DNA of 62,731 bases, filler included, from Thermodesulfobacteriota bacterium (GCA_036381125.1; 9 parts of 9 records of this genome joined end to end with filler, not necessarily neighbours in it); one strand, 5' to 3'; positions 38,287 to 47,795 are shown, counted from the first letter of the whole stretch. The notes: generated from the letters alone by a model not told the origin. Made by a program: numbers and translations.

Positions 38287-40053
38287 ATGACGCGCCCGCT
38301 CGCGCTCGCGCCCGAGCTTGCGCTCCCGCTCGACGCGGTGACGCAGACCTTCGCCTTCCTCGCCAAGCGCGGGGCGGGCAAGACCTACACGGCCGGGATC
38401 CTCGTCGAGGAGTTCCTCAAGGCTGGCCACCAGGTCGTCGTCGTCGACCCGCTCGACGTCTGGTGGGGGCTGCGGGCCGCGGCGAACGGCCGGGATCCGG
38501 GGCTACCGATCACGGTCCTCGGCGGCGTCCACGGGGATCTCCCGCTCGCCGACACGGACGGGGAGATCCTCGCCCGCCTGATCTACGAAGAGCGCCTCTC
38601 CGTCGTGCTGTCGCTGCGGCACCTGCGGAAGGCGGCCCGCACGCGGTTCCTGACGGCCTTCTACGAGGCGCTCTACCACCTGGCCGGGGAGCGCCGCGTG
38701 CCCGTGCACCTCGCGATCGACGAGGCCGACGCCTCGGCGCCGCAGCGCCCCATGAAGGGCGAGGAGCGGATGCTCGGGGCCATGGAGGACATCGTGCGCC
38801 GCGGCCGCTCGGACGGGCTCGGCTGCTCGCTCATCACCCAGCGCGCGGCCGTCCTCAACAAGGACGTCCTCTCCCAGGTCGAGGTCCTCGTCGCGCTGCG
38901 CACGATCGCGCCCCAGGACATCGCGGCGATCAACGCCTGGGTCGTCCTGCACGGCACGGAGGCGGAGCGGCGCGAGCTGCTCGGGTCGCTGCCGTCGCTC
39001 CCGATCGGCGAGAGCTGGTGGTGGTCGCCCGGCTGGCTCGAGATCTTCCAGCGGGTACGGGTCCGCGCGAAGGAGACGTACGACTCCTCGCGGACGCCGA
39101 AGGTGGGCGAGGTGCTCGCCCCGCCGAAGCGTCTCGCGCCGGTCGACCTCGAGCGCCTGCGGACGCAGCTCGCGCAGACGATCGAGCGGGCGAAGGCTGA
39201 GGACCCGAAGCTCCTCAAGGCGCGGATCGCGACCCTCGAGGCCGAGCTCCGGCAGGCGACGGCTGCCCGGCCGGGGCCGAGCCCGGAGGACCTCGCGCGG
39301 GCACGCGAGGAGGGGGCGGCGGTCGAGCGGGAGGTCTGGCGCCGGCGGTGGGCGCTCCTGCGGCCGAACGTGAGCAACGCCCTCGAGCCCGCCCGGCAGG
39401 TGGTCCGCGGCCTTGAGCGGCTCCTCGAGGCGAGCCGTGAGGAGGCGCCGCCCCCGGCACCGGTGGTCTCGGCGCTGACGCACCGGATCCGCGCGCAGCA
39501 GCGCGGCCTCGCGGGCCGCCCGACCAAGGAGGTCCTCGAGGACCTGAAGCCGACGGCCGGCATGGTGAGCCGGCCCAACGCCGGCGAGCCGCCCCTCGGC
39601 GCCGAGCGGAAGCTTCTGGTCGCCCTCGCGGCCCGGCACCCCGACGGCCTCACCCGCGCCCAGCTCGGGACGCTCTCCGGCTACGCGGCCGGCGGCGGGA
39701 CGTTCCGTGACTACCTCTCCCGCCTTCGGCGCCTGGGCTACCTCGACGAGTCGGGCGACCGGATCCGCGCGAGCGCGGAGGGCCTCGCCGCCGCCGGGCC
39801 GGTCGAGCGCCGCTCGACGCCCGACGAGCTGCAGGCCATGTGGCGCGCCCACCTGGGCGCCGAGCGCCAGCTCCTCGACGTGCTGATCGCCGCCTGGCCG
39901 ACACCCCTGTCGCGCGAGGCGCTCGGCGCGCAGGCCGGCTACGAAGCGTCGGGCGGCACGTTCCGGGACTACCTCTCGCGCCTCCGACGCAACGGGCTCC
40001 TCGACGAGACACGCGACGGGATCCGGGTCGTCTCGACCCTCATGGAGGACTGA
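38287..40053 (+). CDS. HerA/DUF87-like P-loop ATPase with two C-terminal wHTH-like repeats
   Basis: Walker A AKRGAGKT, VVDP, Walker B LAIDEAD, RRGRSDG, ITQR; duplicated LGAERxLL..GGTFRDYLSRLRR.G.L. Confidence 0.8.
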   Translation: MTRPLALAPELALPLDAVTQTFAFLAKRGAGKTYTAGILVEEFLKAGHQVVVVDPLDVWWGLRAAANGRDPGLPITVLGGVHGDLPLADTDGEILARLIYEERLSVVLSLRHLRKAARTRFLTAFYEALYHLAGERRVPVHLAIDEADASAPQRPMKGEERMLGAMEDIVRRGRSDGLGCSLITQRAAVLNKDVLSQVEVLVALRTIAPQDIAAINAWVVLHGTEAERRELLGSLPSLPIGESWWWSPGWLEIFQRVRVRAKETYDSSRTPKVGEVLAPPKRLAPVDLERLRTQLAQTIERAKAEDPKLLKARIATLEAELRQATAARPGPSPEDLARAREEGAAVEREVWRRRWALLRPNVSNALEPARQVVRGLERLLEASREEAPPPAPVVSALTHRIRAQQRGLAGRPTKEVLEDLKPTAGMVSRPNAGEPPLGAERKLLVALAARHPDGLTRAQLGTLSGYAAGGGTFRDYLSRLRRLGYLDESGDRIRASAEGLAAAGPVERRSTPDELQAMWRAHLGAERQLLDVLIAAWPTPLSREALGAQAGYEASGGTFRDYLSRLRRNGLLDETRDGIRVVSTLMED

Positions 40054-40054
40054 C

Positions 40055-40534
40055 ATGGATAGCACCCGAGCCGACGAGCTGATCGCGTTCACCGAGCAGG
40101 CCGAACGGGCGGCCGAGACGTTCTCGAAGGCCTGCGCGGCCCTCGCGGCCGAGCTCGAGCTGGTCGCCGACTCGGCCGCCCTCGCGAAGCAGAACCCGAA
40201 GCGCCTCATGCTCGCGTTCCGCAAGGGTGAGTACGAGGGCCAGCGGGCGCGGACCGAGCTGCTCGTCTTCCACAAGATCCTCAGCCAGATGCGGGACCGC
40301 GCGGCCGCCCACGAGCAGGAGGAGGCCGAGAACCCGGGGCTCCCATTCCCGAACGGGACCGGGGGTGCCGCGGGCGGGGTGCGTGGGACGGCGGCCGCGA
40401 CGGCGACCGGCATCTTCTGCACGTCCTGCGGCGAAGAGGTCGAGTCGGTCGTCAACGGGATCTGCCGGCCGTGCCGGCAGGAGGCGCGGGCACGCCGGAC
40501 GACGGCGGCCGAGCCCGCGCCGTCGCCCGCGTAG
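40055..40534 (+). CDS. Hypothetical phage protein with C-terminal zinc finger
   Basis: Helical N-terminus, CTSC..CRPC; GGAGG RBS. Confidence 0.65.
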   Translation: MDSTRADELIAFTEQAERAAETFSKACAALAAELELVADSAALAKQNPKRLMLAFRKGEYEGQRARTELLVFHKILSQMRDRAAAHEQEEAENPGLPFPNGTGGAAGGVRGTAAATATGIFCTSCGEEVESVVNGICRPCRQEARARRTTAAEPAPSPA

Positions 40535-40540
40535 CCGCCG

Positions 40541-40924
40541 ATGCCGATCCGACGGATCCGCCCGCCGCTGCGCGAGACGCCCTGGCAGAGCCAGGCGATC
40601 AACGCCTGGATCCGCATGGGCGCGACAGTCGTCGTCCTGGGCCACCCGCGGCGGCGCGTCCGGTGCCCCGAGTGCGGCGCCGATGCCACCGACTACCGGA
40701 CGCAGCAGACGCGGGGCACGTGGGACCTACTGCTGCTGTGGCCGCAGACCGGCGTCCACCAGGCGGTCGAGATGAAAACGCGGACGGGCACCGTCCGTGC
40801 GGAGCAGTCGGCCTTGCACGCGGTCGCGGCCCGGACGGGGCTGCCGACGTTCACGGTGCGGAGTCCCGACGACGTCGTCCGGGTGGCCCGGGCCGCCGGC
40901 GTCCGGGTGAGGAGGACCGCCTGA
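40541..40924 (+). CDS. VRR-NUC-like PD-(D/E)xK nuclease
   Basis: E..WQ, GTWDLLL..AVEMKTRTG....EQ, VRSPDDV. Confidence 0.7.
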   Translation: MPIRRIRPPLRETPWQSQAINAWIRMGATVVVLGHPRRRVRCPECGADATDYRTQQTRGTWDLLLLWPQTGVHQAVEMKTRTGTVRAEQSALHAVAARTGLPTFTVRSPDDVVRVARAAGVRVRRTA

Positions 40925-41133
40925 TGTGCGAGATGGATCCGCGCCCTGCCCCGACCCCCGAGGTCCGCGCGGCCGCGGCGGCGGTCTCCACCGGATGCGG
41001 GCGCCTCGAGCGCGAGCACGGCATGCACGGGGGTGACGGCGGGGGATGCCCCGGCGGCCGGGCACCTGAGCGTCTGCCAGAAGCGGCGGCCCGCCGAGGC
41101 GCCCGGGCCCCGGGCCGGCGTGCGAGGACGTGA
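40924..41133 (+). CDS. Small hypothetical phage protein
   Basis: GAGGAGG RBS and TGATG coupling; no family recognised. Confidence 0.35.
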   Translation: MCEMDPRPAPTPEVRAAAAAVSTGCGRLEREHGMHGGDGGGCPGGRAPERLPEAAARRGARAPGRRART

Positions 41134-41199
41134 CGAGACGAGACGGGCGATGACCGCTGCGGATGATTGTATGGCTCGGCTAAACAGGTCGGGAGCGTG

Positions 41200-41736
41200 T
41201 CAACGGGGCAGGGCAGACGCTGCGAGTATGGCGGCAAGCAGGACCCCCACGAAGAAGCACCCGGACTGCAGCATCCCGAGAATGCCGGCCCGCGTCTGCC
41301 AGACCATCATGACCCGCTCGGGGCCTTCGAATTCGGGGAATTTGCCCTCGGCCAGCCGGTCGATCTGTGCGTCGATGTTCGGCATGCCCTGCGCCAGACC
41401 GAGCCGCAGGCGTCTCTGCTCAATGTCAACGGCCGTCGCCATTTCGCCCAACCAGAATAGTGTGATCCTGATGGCCAACCGGCACAGGATTCCGCTGAGT
41501 ACCGCCAGCGTGAACGCAGCCAGCGTCGAGACTACAAGCGGACGTGAGACCGTTTCGAGATCGGCAAAGGTCGAAAGAGCCGGACCTACGCCCAGAATTG
41601 CGCCCGCGCTCAGGCTGACGAGCCAGGTCGCGAGATTGTCCACGTGGCGGATGTACTCACCCCCTCGCCTGAACTCCTCGCGTCGGAGCGCCTCGACATG
41701 GTCGAGGAATATCGTACGGGCCTCGTTGACGGGCAT
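41200..41736 (-). CDS. Hypothetical membrane protein with ~3 TM helices (moron-like)
   Basis: MPVNEARTIF..; three hydrophobic segments; GAGGA RBS; visibly more A/T-rich than flanks; antisense to phage genes. Confidence 0.65.
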   Translation of the reverse strand: MPVNEARTIFLDHVEALRREEFRRGGEYIRHVDNLATWLVSLSAGAILGVGPALSTFADLETVSRPLVVSTLAAFTLAVLSGILCRLAIRITLFWLGEMATAVDIEQRRLRLGLAQGMPNIDAQIDRLAEGKFPEFEGPERVMMVWQTRAGILGMLQSGCFFVGVLLAAILAASALPR

Positions 41737-41844
41737 GCGCCGATTGTTCCTCGGTAGACCGGGTATGCCTAGCGGAATCTCCGGTGCCGCGGGCAGGGGC
41801 GAGGTGCCCTTCGGGCTCGGGCTGGAGCGCGAGGACGTGACGGC

Positions 41845-42399
41845 ATGAGCGCGCGCGAGCTCAGCCAGGTCGAGGGCCTCGACGTCGCCGTCCAGGCGCT
41901 CGACGCCTTCGGCGTCCCGGCGGAGGTGATCGCGGACCTCCGCGCGAAGGTCGCGCAGCTCGGCCAGGTCCTCGCCATCGCCGGCGAGACGGTCGAGGAC
42001 TGGCACAACTGGCGCGGCATGGCGTCGACCTTCCAGGCGGCCGACGACTCGATGTGGCGGCTCCGACGGGCGCTCCGCCGGGCGGGCCTCGATGTCGGCC
42101 CCCGGCGGGACACGCTCTGGTGGCGCGGGGCCCTGATCCAGGAGGTGAACGCGGCCGGCTTCTACCGCGGCGCCGACGACCTCCTGCGGCACGACCCCTC
42201 GGGCGACCGGATCCTCGGCGACGCCGTGGGCCCGACGCTGCGCGAGGTGGTCCTCCTGGCCGGGCTGCCCGTACCGCCGCCACGCCGCCTCGGGCGGTGC
42301 ACGCGCTGCGGCGTCCGGCTGACCGCGGCACTCGGCCACGAGCCGGCGACGGACCGGCCCTACTGCGGCGGCGCGATCGAGTGGGGGGCGATGGTCTGA
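41845..42399 (+). CDS. Hypothetical phage protein
   Basis: GC-typical codons, C-terminal CTRC..YC; coupled to the next gene. Confidence 0.6.
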   Translation: MSARELSQVEGLDVAVQALDAFGVPAEVIADLRAKVAQLGQVLAIAGETVEDWHNWRGMASTFQAADDSMWRLRRALRRAGLDVGPRRDTLWWRGALIQEVNAAGFYRGADDLLRHDPSGDRILGDAVGPTLREVVLLAGLPVPPPRRLGRCTRCGVRLTAALGHEPATDRPYCGGAIEWGAMV

Positions 42400-42653
42400 T
42401 GGTGTCGCTCGTCCACCACACGGGCCCGGTCGTCGACGGCGTCCAGCGCTGCCTCCGCTGCGGGACCGTCCTCGCCGACGGCCGACATACCGTGACGGTC
42501 GGGGGTGCCCCAGCCCTGGCCGGCTTCGCGCCCGACACACTCGTCGGTGTCATCGACGGGCCGTTCCGCTCCCTCTACGTGATCGCCGGCCGGCTCCCGG
42601 ACCCCGACGAACCGCTCTGCGCGCCCGCGGGCGGGCCCTGGGGGGAGCCGTAG
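42399..42653 (+). CDS. Small hypothetical phage protein
   Basis: TGATG coupling; QRCLRCG. Confidence 0.55.
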   Translation: MVSLVHHTGPVVDGVQRCLRCGTVLADGRHTVTVGGAPALAGFAPDTLVGVIDGPFRSLYVIAGRLPDPDEPLCAPAGGPWGEP

Positions 42654-42857
42654 ATGCCGCTCGAGCCTCGGTTCCTCCTCGCGCCCCCGCTCGCGCTCCC
42701 GCTCGCCGTCGGTCTCCTGGTCGTCGAGCCGTGTCACGGCGGCCGGTGCGTGAACCCGTACGACCTGAGCCTGTGCCACCTCCCGGTCCGGCAGGCGGCG
42801 CCGACGCCCTGGGACGAGCCGGCCGCGCCGGCGACACGGGGGTCCGATGCCGCGTGA
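42654..42857 (+). CDS. Small hypothetical phage protein
   Basis: Starts directly after the upstream stop; overlaps the rep gene start. Confidence 0.45.
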   Translation: MPLEPRFLLAPPLALPLAVGLLVVEPCHGGRCVNPYDLSLCHLPVRQAAPTPWDEPAAPATRGSDAA

Positions 42858-43648
42858 CTACTCGCGCGTCGCACCAGGCTTCTGGACGGGTCCGACGGGG
42901 CGGGCCATCCGCGCGCTCGGCCAGGACGCGCTCCTGGTGGCGCTGCACCTGATGACCTCGCCGCACGCGACGATGCTCGGCCTCTACTACGTGCCCGAGG
43001 CCTACATCGCGCACGAGACGGGGATCCCGGTCGCGCGGGTACGGAAGGCGCTCGAGGGCCTGGCGGGGCTCGACTTCGCCCACTACGACCCGGCGAGCGA
43101 GCACGTCTGGGTGGTCGAGATGGCCCAGTACCAGATCCTCGAGCCTGACGAGGTCGCCCTCAAACCGGGCGACAACCGGATCAAGGGCATCCGGAAGGCC
43201 TACGCGGCGCTGCCGACGAACGCGCACCTCGGTCGGTTCTTCGACCGCTACGCCGAGGCCTTCCACCTCGAGATCCGAAGGGACTCCGAAGCGACTCCTG
43301 GAAGCCCCTCCGAAGGGGCTTCCAAGGGGCTTCCCGCGCAGGCGAAGCCCCTCCGAAGCCAGGAACAGGAACAGGAACAGGAGCAGGACCAGGAGCAGGA
43401 GCGGGCTCCGCGCGACGCGCCGCCGAGCGGCGCCTCGCCAGCCTCGGCGGCCCGGAACGGGCATGGGCGTGTGGGAGGGTCGACGGCGTCGGCGGCCCTA
43501 GATCCCGACCTCATGGCGGTCCTGGCCGAATGCCCGCACCTGCAGCTCGTCGCGACGCCGGCGTCGGCCGCGTTCTGGGAGTCGGTCTTTGCCGCCTGCG
43601 AGCCATACCCCCTCGCGGACCACCGCTGGCTCACGGCGAAGATCCGTA
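42847..43648 (+). CDS. Phage replication initiator-like protein (3' partial)
   Basis: MPRDYSRVAPGFWTG..LMTSPH..GLYY..IAHETG HTH-like N-domain; repeat-rich linker, EQEQEQEQ tract. Confidence 0.75.
43274..43358. repeat. Iteron-like cluster inside the rep gene (candidate phage origin)
   Basis: AGGGGCTTCC at 43314 and 43325; inverted copies at 43300 and ~43343; TCCGAAG four times. Confidence 0.6.
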
Positions 43649-43748
43649 NNNNNNNNNNNNNNNNNNNNNNNNNNNNNNNNNNNNNNNNNNNNTTAATTAA
43701 TTAANNNNNNNNNNNNNNNNNNNNNNNNNNNNNNNNNNNNNNNNNNNN
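43649..43748. other. Artificial contig spacer
   Basis: N-run with TTAATTAATTAA. Confidence 0.99.
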
Positions 43749-43976
43749 GGCTGGAGCATCCGCGACGAGATCAACCCGCTCCGCTACCTGCGAGGAACCG
43801 TAGGCATGGCTCTTTCGGGCCCCGACACGGGCGGTAGCCAGTTCTTCGTGACCCATGCGCCCCAGCCCCACCTCGACGGCGGCTACACCGTCTTCGGGCA
43901 GGTGGTCGAGGGCATGGACGTCATCGACCGGATCGTCCAGGACGATCCCATCACGGCAGTGGAAGTGCTCCCATGA
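43749..43976 (+). CDS. Cyclophilin-type PPIase C-terminus (5' partial; absent from ORF track)
   Basis: IRDEINPLRYLRGTVGMALSGPDTGGSQFFVTHAPQPHLDGGYTVFGQV. Confidence 0.92.
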   Translation, partial: GWSIRDEINPLRYLRGTVGMALSGPDTGGSQFFVTHAPQPHLDGGYTVFGQVVEGMDVIDRIVQDDPITAVEVLP

Positions 43977-46957
43977 GTCTCCGCCCCCTGTGCCTTCTCG
44001 CGTTCCTCCTCGGCGCGGCCGCGTCCTCCGCCGCGGCGCAGGCCGTGCCCTTCGGCAAGAACAAGATCCAGTACCGGGACTTCGACTGGCACATCATCTC
44101 CGGCGACCACGTCGACGTCTACTACTATCCCGAGGAGGAGAGCGTCGCCCGCCTCGCCCTCGCCTACGCCGAGGAGAGCTACGCCTTCCTCGAGCGCAAG
44201 TTCGACCACCACCCGTTCCGGCGCATCCCGCTCATCGTCTACGCCTCGCACCAGCACTTCGAGCAGACGAACCTGATGCCCGGCTTCATCCCCGAGGGCG
44301 TGCTCGGCTTCACCGAGTACCTCAAGCGCCGCGTCGCGCTGCCGTTCCGCGGCGACTACGAGCAGTTCCGCCACACGCTCCGCCACGAGCTCGTCCACGC
44401 GTTCCAGATCTCCAAGCTCGAGGAGGTCCAGCGGCTCCACCCGCGCATCCGCCACGCATCGCCACAGGCGGTCCACTGGTGGACCGAGGGGCTCGCCGAG
44501 TACTGGTCCAGCGAGCAGACGGCCGAGGACGAGATGTTCGTCCGCGACCTCGTCGTGAACGACCGGCTCCCCTCGATCCGCGAGTTCACCAGCATGTACA
44601 GCTTCGCGTCGTACCCCCTCGGCGCCGAGCTGCACAAGTACCTCGCGCAGCGCTTCGGCGAGGAGTACATCGTCCAGGTCTACGAGAACTACTGGAAGTA
44701 CGGGTCGTTCGAGGAGACGCTCGAGGCCGTCACCGGCGAGAAGCTCGACCGCCTGTCCCGGGAGTGGAAGTACGCGCTCGAGAAGCGCTTCTACCCGCAG
44801 TACGCCGAGCGCCCGCCGCTCGACATCCGCACGCACGCCGTCGTCTTCAAGGGCGGCGCCAACTTTAAGCCCGTCCTCTACACGCCGCCGGGGGACTCCG
44901 TCCCCGACCTGCTCTTCCTCTCGCCGCGCGACGGCTACACGAACCTGTACCGCACCCGCCTCGACCTCGGTGAGCGCGGCGTGCAGACCGTCGTCAAGGG
45001 CGAGCGCAGCGCCGAGTTCGAGTCCTTCCACGCCTACGACTCCGGCATCGACGTGAACCAGCGCGGCGTCGTCGCCCTCGTCTCCAAGGTCCAGGACCGG
45101 GACGCGCTCCTCCTCTGGGACCTCGAGCAGAAGCGCCTCGTCGGCCGCTACCAGTGGCCGGACCTCGTCGGCCTCCAGTCCCCCGGCTGGGACCCCTCCG
45201 GCGAGCGGATCGTCTTCGAGGGCCTCTCGACCTCCGGCTTCTCCGACCTCTACACGTTCGACCTGCGCACCGAGAAGCGCCGCACGCTCACCGACGACCG
45301 CTACCGCGACGAGGACCCCGATTGGTCGCCCGACGGCCGCACCATCGTCTTCGCCTCCGACCGCGCGCCCACCGGCGCCGACGGCAACACGAACCTCTTC
45401 CTCTACGACCTCGAGTCCGGCGCCGTGCGACCGCTCACCTCGGGCGCCTGGCACGACCAGGACCCGCGCTGGTCCCACGACGGCCGCCGCGTCGCCTTCA
45501 GCTCCGACCGCGCCGGCAGCTACGACCTCTACTCCGTCGATCCCACCGGCGACGGCCGCCGCCTCACCGCCATGACCGGCGGCGCCTTCGACCCCGAGTG
45601 GCTCCCGGACGACAAGGGCCTCGTCTACGCCGGCTTCGCCGACGGTCGCTTCGCCATCTACCGCTTCGACTTCGACGCCGACACCGCCCGTGGCCCGACC
45701 GTCACGCTCGCCGCACCGCCGCCGCCGGCCGACGGCACCCGCGGCATCGCGCTCGTCACCGATTCCGCGCCCACGCGCCCCGTCGGCTGGACCTGGGAGG
45801 CCTCCCCCAACGCGAGCGCCGCCCACTCCCGCCCCTACGACAAGTGGCGCGGTTTCTCCATCGACCTCGCCACCGGCGACGCCATGGTCGCCCCGGGCTT
45901 CGGCGCCGCGCAGGGCGTCCAGTTCCTCGCCTCCGACATGCTCGGCGACCACCTCCTCTTCCTCGGCGTCAACGCCACCCAGTACGCCAAGTCGATCGGG
46001 GACCTCCTCGACAACTTCAGCGGCCAGACCCTCTACCTGAACCTCCGGCACCGCCTCAACTTCGGCGCCGGCTTCTACCGCTACCGCGGCCTCTTCCGCG
46101 ACGTCGCCTGGGACGTCTACCAGGAGAGCAGCGTCGGCGGATTGTTCCTCGCCAGCTATCCGTTCTCCAAGTTCCGCCGCATCGAGTTCCAGCTCGGCCT
46201 CGAGAACAGCAACCGACGCGACGTCTCCGACCTCTACACGTTCTTCCGGTCGGATACCGCCCTCGATCCGCGCGACCTCACGCGCAAGGGCATCGTCGCC
46301 ACCGGCTTCGCCTCCTACGTCAAGGACAACACGCTCTGGATCGAGACCGGGCCGATCGACGGCGAGCGCTACAACATCTCCGCCGGCCTGGCCTCCTGCT
46401 TCTCCTGCTCCCGCCCAGGCCCGGATTCGCTCGCCACGCTGATCCACGACGCCGCCCTGGCCGAGCACTTCATCCTGACCGCCGACTACCGCCGCTACTT
46501 CCGCACCTCGCTCCTCACCGCCTACGCCGTGCGCCTCTTCGGCTTCTTCAGCGACGGCGCCATCCCCGGACGCGCCATCCTCGGCGGCACGAACATGCTC
46601 CGCGGGTACCCGCGCTACTCCCTCGCCGGCTCCCGCGTCTTCCTCGTCAACCAGGAGTGGCGCTTCCCGCTCCTCCACGCCGTCGGCCTCGACTTCCCCG
46701 TCGGCCGCCTCACGCTCCCCGGCATCCAGGGCGCGTTCTTCGGCGACATCGGCTCGAGCTGGCACGAGAAGCAGACCCTCTCCGGCGCCTGGGGCAGCTA
46801 CGGCCTCGGCCTCCGCATGTCTCTCGGCTCCCCCCTCGTGCTCCGCCTCGACGTCGGCCGCCGCTTCAAGATCGGCGATGCGCCCCCCGTCGTCTTCGGC
46901 AACGGCGACCCGTTCAACAAGCACTTCGTCGACTTCTTCTTCGGCTACAACTACTGA
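43973..46957 (+). CDS. Zincin peptidase-like + TolB/PD40 beta-propeller + Omp85/BamA-type barrel fusion
   Basis: Signal peptide; HELVH..WWTEGLAEY; PDWSPDG/PRWSHDG repeats; MLRGYP, NQEWRFP, YGLGLR; C-terminal FFFGYNY. Confidence 0.85.
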   Translation: MSLRPLCLLAFLLGAAASSAAAQAVPFGKNKIQYRDFDWHIISGDHVDVYYYPEEESVARLALAYAEESYAFLERKFDHHPFRRIPLIVYASHQHFEQTNLMPGFIPEGVLGFTEYLKRRVALPFRGDYEQFRHTLRHELVHAFQISKLEEVQRLHPRIRHASPQAVHWWTEGLAEYWSSEQTAEDEMFVRDLVVNDRLPSIREFTSMYSFASYPLGAELHKYLAQRFGEEYIVQVYENYWKYGSFEETLEAVTGEKLDRLSREWKYALEKRFYPQYAERPPLDIRTHAVVFKGGANFKPVLYTPPGDSVPDLLFLSPRDGYTNLYRTRLDLGERGVQTVVKGERSAEFESFHAYDSGIDVNQRGVVALVSKVQDRDALLLWDLEQKRLVGRYQWPDLVGLQSPGWDPSGERIVFEGLSTSGFSDLYTFDLRTEKRRTLTDDRYRDEDPDWSPDGRTIVFASDRAPTGADGNTNLFLYDLESGAVRPLTSGAWHDQDPRWSHDGRRVAFSSDRAGSYDLYSVDPTGDGRRLTAMTGGAFDPEWLPDDKGLVYAGFADGRFAIYRFDFDADTARGPTVTLAAPPPPADGTRGIALVTDSAPTRPVGWTWEASPNASAAHSRPYDKWRGFSIDLATGDAMVAPGFGAAQGVQFLASDMLGDHLLFLGVNATQYAKSIGDLLDNFSGQTLYLNLRHRLNFGAGFYRYRGLFRDVAWDVYQESSVGGLFLASYPFSKFRRIEFQLGLENSNRRDVSDLYTFFRSDTALDPRDLTRKGIVATGFASYVKDNTLWIETGPIDGERYNISAGLASCFSCSRPGPDSLATLIHDAALAEHFILTADYRRYFRTSLLTAYAVRLFGFFSDGAIPGRAILGGTNMLRGYPRYSLAGSRVFLVNQEWRFPLLHAVGLDFPVGRLTLPGIQGAFFGDIGSSWHEKQTLSGAWGSYGLGLRMSLGSPLVLRLDVGRRFKIGDAPPVVFGNGDPFNKHFVDFFFGYNY

Positions 46958-46990
46958 GGCGGCGCGCCCGCCCGCGCGCGGCACACACGC

Positions 46991-47033
46991 GCGAAGCGCC
47001 CCCGACCGCGGCACGCGGTCGGGGGCGCTTCGC
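46991..47033. terminator. Perfect 20-bp stem hairpin between convergent genes
   Basis: GCGAAGCGCCCCCGACCGCG-GCA-CGCGGTCGGGGGCGCTTCGC. Confidence 0.75.
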
Positions 47034-47072
47034 AGGATCTTCGGGCGGGTCCGCTCGTGCCCGGCGCCGCGC

Positions 47073-47258
47073 TCAGGGCTTCGGCACGTCGATCACGTAG
47101 CGGTAGAAGCCGTAGAGGACCGCCAACCCCAGGAAGACGAGGCCGAGGTGGTCCTGGACGAGGTCGACGAGCCGCCAGATCGGCCGCTCGAGCGCCGAGT
47201 CCGACCCGCTGCCCAGGACGGCCGCCTCGGCCGCCACCTGGAGGATGAGATGCAGCAT
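47073..47258 (-). CDS. Small single-TM protein (61 aa)
   Basis: MLHLILQ..LGLVFLGLAVLYGFYRYV; coding-like codons; ends near the hairpin. Confidence 0.55.
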   Translation of the reverse strand: MLHLILQVAAEAAVLGSGSDSALERPIWRLVDLVQDHLGLVFLGLAVLYGFYRYVIDVPKP

Positions 47259-47795
47259 CGCACGGTGCTCCGGACGAGGATCGTTGGTGCTCGCACCGGG
47301 GGCCCGAGCAATCCACGGGCCGCGCCCGGCCCCGCCCCCGCCGTCGCGCACGCGCCCGCACCTACCCCGCATGCGGCGCAGCGAGTTAGGGCCGGCCGGC
47401 CCGCCCACCGCGCCCCGCCGACGGACGCTGAAGCACGCCGCCAGCCCGGCGCGCCTGCCACGATCCGTTCACGAGCCGCTGGCACGGGTCGTTACGGCGC
47501 GGCACGGACGCGGGCGCGATACGGCTCGCCTAAGCACGCCTCGCGGTGACACTTCCGCGCCCGGCGCGCCGCTGGCCCCCGCCTTGTACCGCGGACGCCC
47601 GCGCTTCTCGATCACTGGGTCACCACGAGCGACGCCGGAGCCGTCCACGGCCGGCGGCGGCCCCGCGAGCCTCGCGCGGGCATGCCGCCCTGCCGCGGCG
47701 CACGGATCCACGCCGCTCGACGGTGCCCCGCACCGGCTCGCCGGACCGACGCTCCGTCCGCGTGCGCCTCCCCCTCTTCGTGCGAGGGTAGCGGC

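Larger units (their letters stand above)
38196..43648 (+). mobile_element. Prophage/phage fragment (early and replication region)
   Basis: Tightly coupled short co-directional hypothetical ORFs with CxxC motifs, VRR-NUC-like nuclease and phage-type replication initiator; no housekeeping genes. Confidence 0.75.

Noticed and set aside
41033-41848. 271-aa plus-strand ORF across the A/T-richer patch
   Set aside because: Ser/Arg-rich with no motifs; the minus-strand ORF has an RBS and coherent TM helices. Only the last ~20 codons may be a real gene remnant.
43883-47014. 1043-aa antisense ORF
   Set aside because: GC-bias shadow of the Omp85-fusion gene; no motifs.
47480-47496. Sigma54-like TGGCACG site
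   Set aside because: No GC at the required -12 spacing.
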